A DNA stretch of 64,000 bases from Tagaea sp. (GCA_965279525.1 CBDIIB010000005.1:1312001-1376000), one strand, 5' to 3'; numbered from the stretch's first letter, positions 9,505-21,243 are shown. Notes: generated from the sequence alone by a model not told the origin. Made by a program: numbers and translations.

Positions 9505-9691
9505 GGAAATTCAATATGAGGGGGGTTGACATCGCCAACCCCACTATCGTTAGGGGGCATCGCATGCTGTTGCGGGAGTCGTCAAACCACCTTCTACAGC
9601 TAGTTAGAGACAGCAAGAAAACCCAAATAAAATCGAGACAATTTGCATGTCGGCATTTTGCGCGCGTGATGAAAATCAACGCGCGATTCCC

Positions 9692-10609
9692 TCACGTATC
9701 GAGGTCGAGAAGGCTCTTTGAAAAACTTTCCGCGTCGAACGATTTCAGGTCGTCGATTCCCTCGCCGACACCGATCAACACCGTCGGAGTCGCGAATCGA
9801 TTCGCGATCGCGACCAGAACGCCGCCCTTGGCGCTGCCGTCGAGCTTGGTGACGACCAGTGCATCGATGTCGACCATGCTCTTGAACGTCTCGACTTGCT
9901 GCAATGCGTTCTGTCCGATCGTCGCATCGAGGACGAGCATCGTGTCGTGCGGTGCAGATGCATCCAGCTTCTTGATCACGCGAACGATTTTCTTGAGCTC
10001 GTCCATCAGGTCGGCCTTGTTGTGGAGCCGGCCTGCGGTATCGACCAGCAGCACGTCGACATCCGCTGCGCGCGCCTTCTCAAGGGCTTCATAGGCGAGG
10101 GCCGCCGGATCGCCGCCCTCGCGCGCGGCGACGACTGTCACGCCGGCGCGTTCGCCCCAGATCTCGAGCTGGCGCACGGCGGCGGCGCGGAAGGTATCGC
10201 CGGCGGCGAGCATCACCGACTTGCCTTCGGCGCGCAGCGACGACGCGATCTTGCCGATCGTCGTCGTCTTGCCGCTGCCGTTGACGCCGACGACCAGCAC
10301 CACGTGCGGCCGACGCGACATATCGGGCGCCCAATTACGCGCGACCGGCGCGAGGATCGCCGCAATTTCGGCGGCGAGGATGCGCCGCACTTCGAGCGAG
10401 GGCGTGTCGCCCGGCAGCTTGCGGGCGCGCACGCGCTCGACCAGCCGGGCCGCGACCGTCGGGCCGAGATCGGCTTCGATCAGCGCTTCCTCGAGCGCAT
10501 CGAGCGATGCGGCGTCGAGCCGGCCGAGATTGAGCGCGCGCCCGATACCGTCGACGAGCTTGCCCGAGGATTTTTTAAGACCTTCCTTGAGGCGGTCGAG
10601 CCAGCTCAC
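9692..10609 (-). CDS. ftsY: SRP receptor FtsY (short NG-only form)
   Basis: GVNGSGKTTT, DTFRAAA, DTAGRL, TKLDGSAKGG. Confidence 0.97.
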   Translation of the reverse strand: MSWLDRLKEGLKKSSGKLVDGIGRALNLGRLDAASLDALEEALIEADLGPTVAARLVERVRARKLPGDTPSLEVRRILAAEIAAILAPVARNWAPDMSRRPHVVLVVGVNGSGKTTTIGKIASSLRAEGKSVMLAAGDTFRAAAVRQLEIWGERAGVTVVAAREGGDPAALAYEALEKARAADVDVLLVDTAGRLHNKADLMDELKKIVRVIKKLDASAPHDTMLVLDATIGQNALQQVETFKSMVDIDALVVTKLDGSAKGGVLVAIANRFATPTVLIGVGEGIDDLKSFDAESFSKSLLDLDT

Positions 10610-11844
10610 GCGGGCACCCCGACAAGACCGGCCGGTTCGTGCCCGACGACGCGCACGCGCAGCAGCGTGCCGCGCGGGTGCGCATCGGCAAGGCGCACGC
10701 GCGCCCCTTGCGCATCCAGTCCCTCGCGGCCCGACTTCTCGACCAGCACGTCCGCCTCGCCACCGACCCGGGCGGCCAGATAGCGCTGCCGGGCTGCGGC
10801 GGCAGTCTCGCGCAGCTGGCGCGCGCGGGCGCGCACCGTCGCTTCGGGCAACGGGCGCATGCGCGCGGCCGGCGTGCCGGGGCGGGGCGAATAGGCGAAA
10901 ACGTGCGCGTGGGCGAGACCCATCTCGTCGACGAGGGTGCGCGTGTTCTCGAACGCGGCTTCGCTTTCGGTGGGGAAGCCGGCGATCAGGTCGGCCGCGA
11001 CGGCAATGTCGGGCCGGGCCGCACGCGCGCGCGCGACTGCGGCAAGGACCTGCGCACGGCTGTGCCGGCGCTTCATGCGCTTCAGGATCAGATCGTCGCC
11101 GGCCTGCACGGAAAGGTGCAGGAACGGTGCGAAACGCTGCTCGTGCGCCATCAGATCGAACAGTCGGTCGTCCAGTTCGGCCGGATCGACCGACGACAGG
11201 CGCAGGCGCGCCAGATCCGGAGCGCCGGCAAGAATCGCGGCGCACAGGTCGCCGAGCCGCGGGCGGCCGGGCAAGTCGCCGCCCCATGCGGTGAGGTCGA
11301 CCCCGGTCAGCACGACCTCGCGCCGGCCGGCCGCGACCGCCCGGGCGACGCGCGCCCGCACCCCGTCGATTGCGAGAGAACGCGAGGGACCGCGCGCATA
11401 GGGGATGACGCAGAATGTGCAGCGATGGTCGCAGCCCTGTTGCACTTCGATGAAGGCGCGCGTGCGCCCCTGCGCGAGGCCGATGTCGCTGGCGACGAAG
11501 TCCTGGCGCGCCATGATGTCGGAGACCGCACTTGCGCGCGCGCGCCAGACGGCGGCATCGAGCTTGTCGCGGTTGCCGACCACGGCATCGACTTCGCCAA
11601 GCGCTTCATAGCGCGCCGGATCGAGCTGGGCGGCACAGCCGGTCACGACGATCCGCGCGTCCGGTTTCTCGCGCTTCAGCCGGCGGATGGCGACGAGCGC
11701 ATCGCGCTCGGCTTCCTGCGTCACCGCGCACGTGTTGACGACGAGCGTGTCGCGGTCGCCGGCCTCAGCCAGCAGCGCTTCGATCGTCGCGGCCTCCGCG
11801 GCATTGAGCCGGCAACCGAAATTGACGACGCGGGACGAATTCAT
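10606..11844 (-). CDS. mtaB: tRNA t6A37 methylthiotransferase (radical SAM)
   Basis: FGCRLN, NTCAVT, VTGCAAQ, CDHRCTFC; conserved dapF-mtaB-ftsY order. Confidence 0.92.
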   Translation of the reverse strand: MNSSRVVNFGCRLNAAEAATIEALLAEAGDRDTLVVNTCAVTQEAERDALVAIRRLKREKPDARIVVTGCAAQLDPARYEALGEVDAVVGNRDKLDAAVWRARASAVSDIMARQDFVASDIGLAQGRTRAFIEVQQGCDHRCTFCVIPYARGPSRSLAIDGVRARVARAVAAGRREVVLTGVDLTAWGGDLPGRPRLGDLCAAILAGAPDLARLRLSSVDPAELDDRLFDLMAHEQRFAPFLHLSVQAGDDLILKRMKRRHSRAQVLAAVARARAARPDIAVAADLIAGFPTESEAAFENTRTLVDEMGLAHAHVFAYSPRPGTPAARMRPLPEATVRARARQLRETAAAARQRYLAARVGGEADVLVEKSGREGLDAQGARVRLADAHPRGTLLRVRVVGHEPAGLVGVPA

Positions 11845-12680
11845 CCCGGCCAGACGCCCGAAAAGGAGAGGGCGACGGGTCCGGCCATCAGCACATGGCC
11901 GTCCGCGCGCCATTCGATCTCGAGCGCGCCGGCATCGCCTTCGCTGCCGTCGACGATCACGCGCGCACGCCGTCCGGCAAGCAGGCCGCGGCGCACGGCC
12001 GCGACGGTCGCAGCACACGCCCCCGATCCGCAGGCAAGCGTGATGCCGGCCCCGCGCTCCCACACGCGCAGGCGCAGCGTGGCGGGATCGAGGATCTGTG
12101 CCACGCCGATATTCGCGCGCTCGGGAAAGATGGCATGATTTTCAAGCTGTGGACCGAGCGCCGCAAGATCGACCGCGGCGGCATCCGGCACGAAGAAGGT
12201 CGCGTGCGGATTGCCCATGCTCGTCGCGACCGGATCGACGAGCACGCCGACCGCGAGCGGGACATGCAGCGTGTCGCAGGCTTGTGCCAGCGGGATCTCG
12301 CGCCAGTCCATGCGCGCCGGGCCCATGTCGACGCTGACGGTGCCGCCCGCTTCGCGCCGCGAGCGGAGCAGCCCTGCGCGCGTCTGGATCGTCAGGTCGG
12401 CGGAGTTCTTCTCGCGCATGACGAGATCGGCCACACAGCGCGTGCCATTGCCGCACGCACCGGCTTCCGAGCCGTCGGAATTGAGAAAGCGGAAGAACAC
12501 GTCGGCCGACTTGTCGGGTGCGGGCTCCAGCACGACGAGCTGGTCGAACCCGACGCCCTTGTGGCGGTCGGCGATGGCGCGCACGCGCTCCGCATCGAGG
12601 GCGAATTTTTGCGTGCGCGAATCGACCACGACGAAGTCGTTGCCGAGGCCGTGCATCTTCAGGAAGGGCAAACCGGACAT
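11841..12680 (-). CDS. dapF: Diaminopimelate epimerase
   Basis: KMHGLGNDF, CGNGTRC, MGNPH, ERGAGITLACGSG. Confidence 0.97.
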   Translation of the reverse strand: MSGLPFLKMHGLGNDFVVVDSRTQKFALDAERVRAIADRHKGVGFDQLVVLEPAPDKSADVFFRFLNSDGSEAGACGNGTRCVADLVMREKNSADLTIQTRAGLLRSRREAGGTVSVDMGPARMDWREIPLAQACDTLHVPLAVGVLVDPVATSMGNPHATFFVPDAAAVDLAALGPQLENHAIFPERANIGVAQILDPATLRLRVWERGAGITLACGSGACAATVAAVRRGLLAGRRARVIVDGSEGDAGALEIEWRADGHVLMAGPVALSFSGVWPG

Positions 12681-12859
12681 GGCCGGGGATATAGGACCCG
12701 GCCGCCGCCCTTGTCTAGCCAACGCGACATTGGCGGGTGAGATTTTAGGAAATTTAGCGGATTTCGACGCGGAATCCGTAAATACGTTATAAATCAACGC
12801 ACTAATCGGAATTTCCGGGCCGGTGCCGCACCCCTCTATATACGTGTCGCCCCGGCTTC

Positions 12860-12888
12860 TTGACGCCCCCGGCCTTTGGGCCTAGAAC
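12860..12888 (+). promoter_or_regulatory. Sigma70-type promoter of the ffh operon
   Basis: TTGACG-N17-TAGAAC. Confidence 0.55.
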
Positions 12889-12914
12889 CGCGGCCGTTCA
12901 GGGGAAATCTGCGC

Positions 12915-12975
12915 CCTTGGGCCTTCGGGTCTCCCGCCGTCCGCGAGTTTCGCGCACGGCGGCCGCTCCGTTTTG
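12915..12975 (+). ncRNA. Structured ffh 5' leader, probably the alphaproteobacterial ffh leader motif
   Basis: UUCG hairpin (12919-12932) and CCGCCGT..CGCGAGTTTCGCG..ACGGCGG stem (12934-12962) in the roughly 100-nt UTR of ffh. Confidence 0.5.
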
Positions 12976-13001
12976 TGCTTTCGGAAGGTTTTCGGGTCGG
13001 G

Positions 13002-14351
13002 ATGTTCGAGTCGCTATCCACCAAGCTGGGGTCTGTCTTCGACAAGCTGCGCGGGCGCGGTGCGCTTGGCGAAGCCGATGTCGACGCGGCCCTGCGCGAG
13101 GTGCGCGTGGCGCTGCTCGAGGCCGACGTCGCCCTTTCGGTCGTCAAGGATTTCGTCGCGGGCGTGAAGCTCGAGGCGATCGGCCAGCAGGTCGTGCGCT
13201 CGGTCACGCCGGGCCAGATGGTCGTCAAGATCGTCAACGACAAGCTGGTCGAAACGCTCGGCTCGACGACGAGCGAAATCAACCTGCGCGCCAATCCGCC
13301 GGTCGCGATCCTGATGCTCGGCCTGCAGGGCTCGGGCAAGACCACGACCTCGGCCAAGCTCGCCAAGCGCCTGGTCGAGAAGGAGCGCAAGAAGGTCCTG
13401 CTCGCTTCGCTCGACGTGCGCCGCCCGGCAGCGCAGGAACAGCTCGCCGTCCTGGGCACGCAAGTGTCGGTGCCCACGCTGCCCATCATCGCCGGCCAGG
13501 ATCCCGTCGCGATCGCGAAGCGCGCGATGGAGACCGGCCGCACCGAAGGTTACGACGTCGTCATCCTCGACACCGCCGGCCGCCTTTCGATCGACGACGA
13601 GTTGATGGAAGAAGCAGCATCCGTGCGCGACGCGGTCGGCCCGACCGAATCGCTGCTCGTGGTCGACGCGCTGACGGGCCAGGACGCCGTCAACACCGCC
13701 ACCCAGTTCAACACGCGCCTCGGCATCACCGGCATCGTGATGACGCGCGTGGACGGCGACCAGCGCGGCGGTGCCGCACTCTCGATGCGCGCCGTCACCG
13801 GCAAGCCGATCAAGTTCATCGGCCTTGGCGAAAAGATGGACGCCCTCGACGTCTTCCATCCCGACCGCATCGCCGGCCGCATCCTTGGCATGGGCGACAT
13901 CGTCGGCCTCGTCGAGAAGGCGCAGGAGAACGTCGAGGCCGAAGACGCCGAGAAGCTCGCCCGCAAGATCAAGACCGGCGATTTCGATTTCAACGACATG
14001 CTTTCGCAGCTCGAGCAGCTCAAGAAGATGGGCGGGCTGGGCGGCGTGATGAACATGCTGCCGGGCGTGCAGAAGATGAAGGCACAGCTCGCAAACGCGA
14101 ACGTGGACGAGAAGGTGGTCGGCCGCCAGTCGGCGATCATCCGCTCGATGACGAAGAAGGAACGGCGCGACGCCAAGCTGCTCAACGGCAGCCGCAAGCG
14201 GCGCATCGCGTCGGGATCTGGAACGACGGTCGAGGAGGTCAACCGCCTCGTGAAGCAGTTCATGGAGATGAGCCGCGTCATGAAGCAGATGGGCAAGCTC
14301 GGCCAAAAGGGAATGATGCGGACGGGGATCGGGAACCTCTTCCGCAGATAG
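13002..14351 (+). CDS. ffh: Signal recognition particle protein
   Basis: MFESLS start; [23 protein letters not shown], Met-rich M domain. Confidence 0.98.
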   Translation: MFESLSTKLGSVFDKLRGRGALGEADVDAALREVRVALLEADVALSVVKDFVAGVKLEAIGQQVVRSVTPGQMVVKIVNDKLVETLGSTTSEINLRANPPVAILMLGLQGSGKTTTSAKLAKRLVEKERKKVLLASLDVRRPAAQEQLAVLGTQVSVPTLPIIAGQDPVAIAKRAMETGRTEGYDVVILDTAGRLSIDDELMEEAASVRDAVGPTESLLVVDALTGQDAVNTATQFNTRLGITGIVMTRVDGDQRGGAALSMRAVTGKPIKFIGLGEKMDALDVFHPDRIAGRILGMGDIVGLVEKAQENVEAEDAEKLARKIKTGDFDFNDMLSQLEQLKKMGGLGGVMNMLPGVQKMKAQLANANVDEKVVGRQSAIIRSMTKKERRDAKLLNGSRKRRIASGSGTTVEEVNRLVKQFMEMSRVMKQMGKLGQKGMMRTGIGNLFRR

Positions 14352-14397
14352 CGCAACCGAACAGAACGAAGACCTGAACGAAAGGATCGAACCGACA

Positions 14398-14766
14398 ATG
14401 TCCGTCAAGATTCGCATGAGCCGCGGCGGTGCCAAGAACCGCCCGCACTACAAGATCGTCGTCGCCGACAGCCGCATGGCCCGCGACGGCCGCTTCATCG
14501 AGAAGATCGGCTACTACGACCCGATGCTTCCCAAGGGCGACGCCAAGCGCGTCGTGATCGACGTCGAGCGCGCCAAGTACTGGCTGTCGAAGGGCGCCCA
14601 GCCGTCCGAGCGCGTCGCGCACTTCTTCTTCGCCCTGTCGCTGGGGCCGAAGCCGGAGATCCGCGAGACGCCGAAGAAGTCGGCGCCGAAGAAGAAGGCC
14701 CAGGAGCGCCTGAAGGCAGCCGAGGAAGCCGCGGCGAAGACCGCCGAGGCGGCACCGGCGGCCTGA
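14398..14766 (+). CDS. rpsP: 30S ribosomal protein S16
   Basis: [40 protein letters not shown]. Confidence 0.98.
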   Translation: MSVKIRMSRGGAKNRPHYKIVVADSRMARDGRFIEKIGYYDPMLPKGDAKRVVIDVERAKYWLSKGAQPSERVAHFFFALSLGPKPEIRETPKKSAPKKKAQERLKAAEEAAAKTAEAAPAA

Positions 14767-14770
14767 GGCC

Positions 14771-15325
14771 ATGACGTCCGGTGCCGAGGCGAAGCCGATC
14801 CTGGTCGGCGCCGTCGTGGGTCCCCACGGCGTGCGCGGCGAGGTCAAGATCAAGAGCTTCACCGAACGCGCGAAGGACGTCGCGGCCTACGGCCCCGTTT
14901 CGGACGAAAGCGGCAAGCGCCGCTTCACCGTCCGGGTGCGGGGCGAGGTCCGCGGGCTGGTCGTGGCCCGGCTCGAGGGAATCGAGGACCGGAACGCGGC
15001 CGAAGCGCTCAAGGGACTGCGGCTCTACGTCGAGCGCGCGGCCCTGGGAGCGAAGCCCAAGCGGACCAAGGGCAGCGAGACCTGGTTCCACGCCGACCTG
15101 ATCGGCCTTTCGGTCGAAGACACGAAGGGCGTCAGGCTCGGAACGGTAAAGGGGCTCGCGAACTACGGGGCGGGCGACATCGTCGAGGTCGATACGGGAA
15201 GCGGGCCAAGCCTGCTCTACCCGTTCACCAAGAAGGTGGTGCCGACAGTCGATATCGAAGGCGGGCGGATCGTGATCGATCCGCCGGTCGAGGTCGAGGC
15301 GAAGGAAGACGGTAAGGACGAATGA
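14771..15325 (+). CDS. rimM: Ribosome maturation factor RimM
   Basis: [34 protein letters not shown]. Confidence 0.96.
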   Translation: MTSGAEAKPILVGAVVGPHGVRGEVKIKSFTERAKDVAAYGPVSDESGKRRFTVRVRGEVRGLVVARLEGIEDRNAAEALKGLRLYVERAALGAKPKRTKGSETWFHADLIGLSVEDTKGVRLGTVKGLANYGAGDIVEVDTGSGPSLLYPFTKKVVPTVDIEGGRIVIDPPVEVEAKEDGKDE

Positions 15326-16080
15326 GCGCAGTCGCGGACATGGCGGGGAACGGCGGGACGGACGGTGCGAAGGCGCCGTGGCGTGCCGTCGTGCTGACGC
15401 TGTATCCGGGCATGTTCCCGGGTCCGCTGGGCGCGTCCATTCCCGGGCGCGCCATCGCCGACGGCGCATGGTCGCTCGAGACCGTCGATATCCGCGACTT
15501 CGCCGCCGACAGGCATCGCACCGTCGACGACCTGCCGTTCGGCGGCGGGCCGGGAATGGTGATGAAGCCCGACGTGGTCGATGCCGCACTTGGCGTTGCC
15601 ATCGCGAAAGCGCCGGAAGGTGCCGTCGCGATCTGCCTTTCGCCCCGCGGCAAACCCTTCACGCAGGACCGGGCGCGCGAGCTTGCCGCCGGTCCCGGCG
15701 TGGTGCTGCTGTGCGGCCGCTTCGAAGGGATCGACGCGCGCGTGCTCGAGGCGCGCGAGCTGGAAGAGATCTCGATCGGCGATTTCGTGCTGTCGGGCGG
15801 CGAGCCCGCGGCGATGTGCCTGATCGACGCCTGCGTGCGGCTGCTGCCCGGCGTTCTGGGTGCGGCCGAATCGCTGGGCGAGGAGAGTTTCGAGGACGGA
15901 CTTCTGGAATATCCGCACTACACGCGGCCGGCCATCTGGCAGGACCGCGAAGTGCCGGCGGTGCTGACCTCCGGCAATCACGCGAAAATCCGCGCCTGGC
16001 GGCGGGAAGAGGCCGAGCGCCTCACCGCCGAGCGACGCCCCGACATGTGGGCCAAGCGCCAGGCACGTACCCAACACTGA
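15322..16080 (+). CDS. trmD: tRNA (guanine37-N1)-methyltransferase
   Basis: [43 protein letters not shown]. Confidence 0.98.
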   Translation: MSAVADMAGNGGTDGAKAPWRAVVLTLYPGMFPGPLGASIPGRAIADGAWSLETVDIRDFAADRHRTVDDLPFGGGPGMVMKPDVVDAALGVAIAKAPEGAVAICLSPRGKPFTQDRARELAAGPGVVLLCGRFEGIDARVLEARELEEISIGDFVLSGGEPAAMCLIDACVRLLPGVLGAAESLGEESFEDGLLEYPHYTRPAIWQDREVPAVLTSGNHAKIRAWRREEAERLTAERRPDMWAKRQARTQH

Positions 16081-16100
16081 AGATCGAAGAGGAGAAGACC

Positions 16101-16541
16101 ATGTCGCACATCATTGAAACGCTCGAGAAGGAGCAGATCGGCAAGCTCGTCGCCGCCCGCAAGGTGCCCGACTTCGCGCCCGGCGATACGCTGCGCGTGC
16201 AGGTGAAGGTGCTGGAAGGGACGCGCGAGCGCCTGCAGACCTTCGAAGGCGTGTGCATCGCGCGCAAGAACTCGGGCATCAGCTCGAACTTCACGGTGCG
16301 CAAGATCTCGTTCGGCGAAGGCGTCGAGCGCGTGTTCCCGCTCTACTCGCCGCGCCTGGGCGGCATCGAGGTGGTGCGCCGCGGCGACGTGCGCCGCGCC
16401 AAGCTCTATTACCTGCGTGGCCGCACGGGCAAGTCGGCCCGCATTCTCGAGAAGACGGGCGGCATGGCCGCCTCGGCCGCCGACCTGTCGGCAGCCGATC
16501 TCGAGGCCGCCGCGACGGAAACGCCGGCCGAAAAGAAGTAA
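16101..16541 (+). CDS. rplS: 50S ribosomal protein L19
   Basis: [35 protein letters not shown]; SD GAGGAG. Confidence 0.98.
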   Translation: MSHIIETLEKEQIGKLVAARKVPDFAPGDTLRVQVKVLEGTRERLQTFEGVCIARKNSGISSNFTVRKISFGEGVERVFPLYSPRLGGIEVVRRGDVRRAKLYYLRGRTGKSARILEKTGGMAASAADLSAADLEAAATETPAEKK

Positions 16542-16617
16542 GCCGCCGGCAGCGGGCCGCACTGGGACAGCCCGGGCGGCCCGGCCGGAGGTCGACAAGC
16601 AGTCGGGAGGAGCATCG

Positions 16618-18027
16618 ATGACCAAGCCACGCACGTTGTTCGACAAGATCTGGGACAACCATGTCGTCCACCGCCAGGACGACGGCACCTGCGTGCTCTA
16701 CATCGACCGGCACCTCGTGCACGAGGTGACGAGCCCGCAGGCCTTCGAGGGCCTGCGCATGACTGGCCGCAAGGTCCGTCGCCCCGATGCGACCGTCGCG
16801 GTCGCCGACCACAACGTGCCGACGACGGATCGCTCGAAGGGCATCGCCGATCCGGAAAGCCGCATCCAGGTCGAAACGCTCGAGAAGAACGCGAAGGATT
16901 TCGGCGTCGTCTATTACGGCATGGACGATGTGCGCCAGGGCATCGTGCACATCATCGGGCCGGAGCAGGGCCTGACGCTGCCGGGCACCACGATCGTGTG
17001 CGGCGACAGCCACACCGCCACGCACGGTGCCTTCGGCGCCCTCGCCTTCGGCATCGGCACGTCGGAGGTCGAGCACGTGCTCGCCACCCAGACGCTCGTG
17101 CAGCGCCCGGCCAAGAATATGCGCGTCACGGTCGACGGCACCGTCGGCCCCGGCGTGACCGCCAAGGACGTGATCCTGGCGATCATCGGCAAGATCGGCA
17201 CGGCCGGCGGGACCGGCCACGTGATCGAGTTTGCCGGGTCGGTCATCCGCGAGCTGTCGATGGAAGGCCGCATGACGGTCTGCAACATGACGATCGAGGG
17301 CGGTGCGCGCGCCGGTCTCGTCGCCCCCGACGAGAAGACCTTCGAGTACGTGAAGGGCCGCCCGTCCGCACCCAAGGGTGCCGCATGGGAAGCGGCCGTC
17401 GCCTACTGGAAGACGCTGCCGTCGGACGAAGGCGCCAAGTACGACAAGGAGATCTTCCTCGACGCCAAGGACATCCCGCCGATGGTCACGTGGGGCACCT
17501 CGCCCGAAGACGTGCTGCCGATCGGCGCGGTCGTGCCGGATCCGGCCGACGTGGCGGACGAAGGCAAGCGTGCGGCCATCATCCGCTCGCTCGAATACAT
17601 GGGCCTCAAGCCCGGCATGAAGCTCGCCGAGGTCAAGATCGACAAGGTCTTCATCGGCAGCTGCACGAACGGCCGCATCGAGGACCTGCGCGCGGTCGCC
17701 GCCATCGCCAAGGGCCGCAAGGTCGCGGGCAACGTGCAGGCGATGGTCGTGCCGGGCTCGGGCCTGGTCAAGGAACAGGCCGAGCGCGAAGGCATCGACA
17801 AGGTGCTGATCGAGGCCGGCTTCGAATGGCGCGAGCCGGGCTGCTCGATGTGCCTTGCCATGAACGCCGACAAGCTGGAGCCGGGCGAGCGCTGTGCGTC
17901 CACCTCGAACCGCAACTTCGAGGGGCGCCAGGGCCGAGGCGGGCGCACGCACCTGCTGTCACCGGGCATGGCGGCCGCGGCCGCGGTGACCGGGCGACTG
18001 ACGGACGTGCGCGAGTTCGCGCGTTGA
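16618..18027 (+). CDS. leuC: 3-isopropylmalate dehydratase large subunit
   Basis: [46 protein letters not shown]. Confidence 0.98.
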   Translation: MTKPRTLFDKIWDNHVVHRQDDGTCVLYIDRHLVHEVTSPQAFEGLRMTGRKVRRPDATVAVADHNVPTTDRSKGIADPESRIQVETLEKNAKDFGVVYYGMDDVRQGIVHIIGPEQGLTLPGTTIVCGDSHTATHGAFGALAFGIGTSEVEHVLATQTLVQRPAKNMRVTVDGTVGPGVTAKDVILAIIGKIGTAGGTGHVIEFAGSVIRELSMEGRMTVCNMTIEGGARAGLVAPDEKTFEYVKGRPSAPKGAAWEAAVAYWKTLPSDEGAKYDKEIFLDAKDIPPMVTWGTSPEDVLPIGAVVPDPADVADEGKRAAIIRSLEYMGLKPGMKLAEVKIDKVFIGSCTNGRIEDLRAVAAIAKGRKVAGNVQAMVVPGSGLVKEQAEREGIDKVLIEAGFEWREPGCSMCLAMNADKLEPGERCASTSNRNFEGRQGRGGRTHLLSPGMAAAAAVTGRLTDVREFAR

Positions 18028-18716
18028 ACTTCCTGCTGGCCGTGCAGCCGGCGCGGGCGACGGCCGACGTCGCCCCGTTCGGCCGCAGGCTGGCGGCATT
18101 GGGACTGGACGCCGCGATTCTCGCGGCCCTCGTCTTCGCGTTGATTTCGACCGCCAACAGCACGAGCCGTTCGAGCATGGGCGATTTCTTCTACCCTTTC
18201 TGGCGCGAAAGCCCGGTCGTCTCGATCGAGCGCACGCCGGCCGCGCGCGAGGACGAACGCCTCGTCGACGGCGGCGGGCATCGCATCATCGATCTGCTGC
18301 GCGAGACGCGCGTGCATGCCGACGGCTCGATCCGCGTCTGGGCGGTCGCCGCGGGCGAGATCCGGCACGACGACGGCCGCATCGAGCCGGTCCATTCCGA
18401 ACTTCTCGTCGCGCGCAACCTGCGCGGCCTCGTGCGGCTTGTGGCCACGCAAGGGCTCGTGGCGCTGCTGCCGTTCGTCTATTTCGCGCTGTTCGAAAGC
18501 TCGCGCTGGCAGGCCTCGCCCGGCAAGCGCGCCTTCGGCGTGCGCGTCGTCGATCTCGAGGGGCGGCGGATCGGCCTCGGCCGCTCGTTCGCGCGCCAGT
18601 TCCTGAAGGTCTGCGAGATCCTGTCGACGGGCATCGGCTACGCACTTGCCGCGATCAATGGCACGGGACAGGCCTTCCACGACATCCTCGTCGGCACGCG
18701 CTGCGTGCGGGCGTAA
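18024..18716 (+). CDS. RDD family membrane protein
   Basis: [13 protein letters not shown] ... [25 protein letters not shown] ... [10 protein letters not shown]; TTG start overlaps leuC stop (start uncertain). Confidence 0.8.
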   Translation: MNFLLAVQPARATADVAPFGRRLAALGLDAAILAALVFALISTANSTSRSSMGDFFYPFWRESPVVSIERTPAAREDERLVDGGGHRIIDLLRETRVHADGSIRVWAVAAGEIRHDDGRIEPVHSELLVARNLRGLVRLVATQGLVALLPFVYFALFESSRWQASPGKRAFGVRVVDLEGRRIGLGRSFARQFLKVCEILSTGIGYALAAINGTGQAFHDILVGTRCVRA

Positions 18717-18742
18717 ATCCGGGTTACGAAGGGGAGAACGAC

Positions 18743-19360
18743 ATGGACAAGTTCACGGTTCTCACGGGCGTCGCGGCTCCGCTGCCGATGATCAACATCG
18801 ATACCGACATGATCATCCCCAAGCAGCACCTCAAGACGATCAAGCGCACCGGGCTGGGCTCGGCGCTGTTCGAGGAGATGCGCTTCACGCCCGACGGCAA
18901 GGAACGTCCGGAATTCGTGCTCAACAAGCCGGCCTATCGCAAGGCGCAGGTGCTGGTCGCGGGCGACAATTTCGGCTGCGGCTCGTCGCGCGAACATGCT
19001 CCGTGGGCACTGCTCGATTTCGGCATCCGCTGCGTGATCAGCACGTCGTTCGCCGACATCTTCTACAACAACTGCTTCAAGAACGGCATCCTGCCCATCA
19101 AGGTGTCGAAGGAAGATCTCGACAAGCTGATGGACGACGCGCAGCGCGGCTCGAACGCCACGCTGACGGTCGACCTCGAAAAGCAGGAGATCAAGGGGCC
19201 AGACGGCGGTGCCGTGAAGTTCGAGATCGACCCGTTCCGCAAGCACTGCCTGCTCAATGGCCTCGACGACATCGCGCTGACCCTCGAGAAGGCCACGCAC
19301 ATCGACGCCTACGAAGCCAAGCAACGCACGTCGCAGCCCTGGCTCGCGGCTGCCCGCTGA
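18743..19360 (+). CDS. leuD: 3-isopropylmalate dehydratase small subunit
   Basis: [35 protein letters not shown]. Confidence 0.98.
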   Translation: MDKFTVLTGVAAPLPMINIDTDMIIPKQHLKTIKRTGLGSALFEEMRFTPDGKERPEFVLNKPAYRKAQVLVAGDNFGCGSSREHAPWALLDFGIRCVISTSFADIFYNNCFKNGILPIKVSKEDLDKLMDDAQRGSNATLTVDLEKQEIKGPDGGAVKFEIDPFRKHCLLNGLDDIALTLEKATHIDAYEAKQRTSQPWLAAAR

Positions 19361-19382
19361 AATCAAGTACCGGAGAGACGAA

Positions 19383-20495
19383 ATGGCATCCAACCGCAAG
19401 CTCCTTGTCCTTCCCGGCGACGGCATCGGCCCCGAGGCGATGCACCAGGTGCGCCGCGTCGTCGACTGGTTCGACAAGCGCCGCACCGTGTCGTTCGACG
19501 TCAAGGAAGGGCTGGTTGGCGGCGCTTCGTACGAGAAGCACGGCACGCCGCTGACCGATGCGACGATGGAGCTGGCGCAGAACTGCGATGCCACGCTGTT
19601 CGGCGCCGTCGGCGGTCCGCAATGGGACAACCTGCCCTTCGACAAGAAGCCCGAGCGCGGCTTGCTGCGCCTGCGCAAGGAGATGGATCTCTTCGCCAAC
19701 CTGCGCCCGGCGATCGTGTTCGAAGCGCTTGCCGACGCCTCGTCGCTGAAGCGCGAGCTGGTCGCCGGTCTCGACATCCTGATCCTGCGCGAGCTGACGG
19801 GCGGGGTCTATTTCGGCGAACCGCGCGGCGTGACGACTTTGCCCGACGGCCAGAAGAAGGCGATCGACACGCAGGTCTATACGACCTCGGAGATCCAGCG
19901 CATCGCGCGCGTGGCCTTCGAACTGGCACGCAAGCGTTCCAACAAGGTGCATTCGGTCGAGAAGGCCAATGTCATGCACACCGGCGTGCTGTGGCGCGAG
20001 GTCGTGACGGCCCTGCACAAGGCCGAGTATCCCGACGTCAAGCTCGAGCACATGTACGCCGACAACTGCGCCATGCAGCTCGTCCGCCAGCCCAAGCAGT
20101 TCGACGTGATCGTCACCGACAACCTGTTCGGCGACATGCTGTCGGACTGTGCGGCGATGCTGACGGGCTCGCTCGGCATGCTGCCGTCGGCCTCGCTGGG
20201 GGCACCCGACCCGACCGGCCGGCGCAAGGCGCTCTACGAGCCCGTGCACGGTTCCGCACCCGACATCGCCGGCAAGGACATGGCCAACCCGCTGGCCACG
20301 CTGCTGTCGTTCGCGATGATGCTGCGCTATTCGTTCGACCTTGCGGCCGATGCCGATCTGGTCGAGCAGGCGGCCAAGAACGTGCTCGCCAAGGGCCTGC
20401 GCACGCGCGACATCGCGTCGCCGGGCAGCAATGTCGTGTCGACCACCCAGATGGGCGACGCGCTCCTCAAGGAACTCGACGCGCTGGCGGCCTGA
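19383..20495 (+). CDS. leuB: 3-isopropylmalate dehydrogenase
   Basis: [40 protein letters not shown]. Confidence 0.98.
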   Translation: MASNRKLLVLPGDGIGPEAMHQVRRVVDWFDKRRTVSFDVKEGLVGGASYEKHGTPLTDATMELAQNCDATLFGAVGGPQWDNLPFDKKPERGLLRLRKEMDLFANLRPAIVFEALADASSLKRELVAGLDILILRELTGGVYFGEPRGVTTLPDGQKKAIDTQVYTTSEIQRIARVAFELARKRSNKVHSVEKANVMHTGVLWREVVTALHKAEYPDVKLEHMYADNCAMQLVRQPKQFDVIVTDNLFGDMLSDCAAMLTGSLGMLPSASLGAPDPTGRRKALYEPVHGSAPDIAGKDMANPLATLLSFAMMLRYSFDLAADADLVEQAAKNVLAKGLRTRDIASPGSNVVSTTQMGDALLKELDALAA

Positions 20496-20498
20496 GAT

Positions 20499-21086
20499 TC
20501 AGGCCGCTTCGGGCAGATAGCTCCATACCCAGGCCGGCGGAAAGTTCAGCATCGCGATGCCCTTGCGCTGGCCTTTGAGGCCCAGCGGCTTCTCCTTGAT
20601 CGGCGAGGCCAGCGAATAGGTGTACTGCAGGATGTCGCCGCCCGGGGCCATCACCTCGAAAGCGGCGTCGATCAGTGCGCGCTGCACCTCGACCGGCAGC
20701 GGCAGCATCGGGATGCCGGAGATGACGCAGGCGACTTTGCCGACCCATTCTGCCGGCAGCAGATCCTTGAGACGCGTCGCGTCGCCCTGGATGACGTTGA
20801 CCGCGGGAAACTCGCGGCGCAGATGCGCGCACAGGGCCGCATCGATCTCGACGACGAACAGCCGGTCGGCCGGCACGCCGGCGGCGAGCAGCGCCTTCGT
20901 CACGGGGCCGGTTCCCGGCCCGAGTTCGACCACGCACTGGTCGGGACCCGCATGGACCTGGCGCGCGACCAGCCGGGCGAGCGCCGGCGACGACGGCAGC
21001 ACGGCGCCGACCTTCATCGGATTGGCAAGCCAGCGCCGGAAGAACAGGACTTCCTCGGCCGCGGGCTTATCTTCTGTTCGCTTCAT
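20499..21086 (-). CDS. pmtA: Phospholipid N-methyltransferase (Sinorhizobium PmtA type)
   Basis: FFRRWLANPMKVGAVLPSS, SAM motif VVELGPGTG, ISGIP, QYTY, NFPPA; alternative start 21098. Confidence 0.8.
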   Translation of the reverse strand: MKRTEDKPAAEEVLFFRRWLANPMKVGAVLPSSPALARLVARQVHAGPDQCVVELGPGTGPVTKALLAAGVPADRLFVVEIDAALCAHLRREFPAVNVIQGDATRLKDLLPAEWVGKVACVISGIPMLPLPVEVQRALIDAAFEVMAPGGDILQYTYSLASPIKEKPLGLKGQRKGIAMLNFPPAWVWSYLPEAA

Positions 21087-21243
21087 GGCATGCCTCATGT
21101 CGGATCGGTGACGCGGCCGGGCAAATTTAGGACGATGGTCGGGTGTTTCCAAGTCCTTGAGGAATATTAAAAATTTGTGACAAACATCCGCCACGCCGTC
21201 GTGGCATAAGGTTGCGGCGGCACGGCTGACAAGCGGGGAATAG

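Noticed and set aside
9473-9679. 68-aa minus-strand ORF in the ftsY downstream spacer
   Set aside because: No SD, atypical composition and codon usage, overlaps the candidate promoter of the micro-gene
12775-12810. AT-rich IHF-like sequence (AATCAACGCACTA), with a similar one near 21149-21165
   Set aside because: Imperfect matches to WATCAA-N4-TTR in ordinary divergent promoter regions; no associated recombinase
14640-14766. Lys/Ala-rich C-terminal extension of S16 (and the Ala-rich tail of L19)
   Set aside because: Common in alphaproteobacterial S16 and L19; not novel
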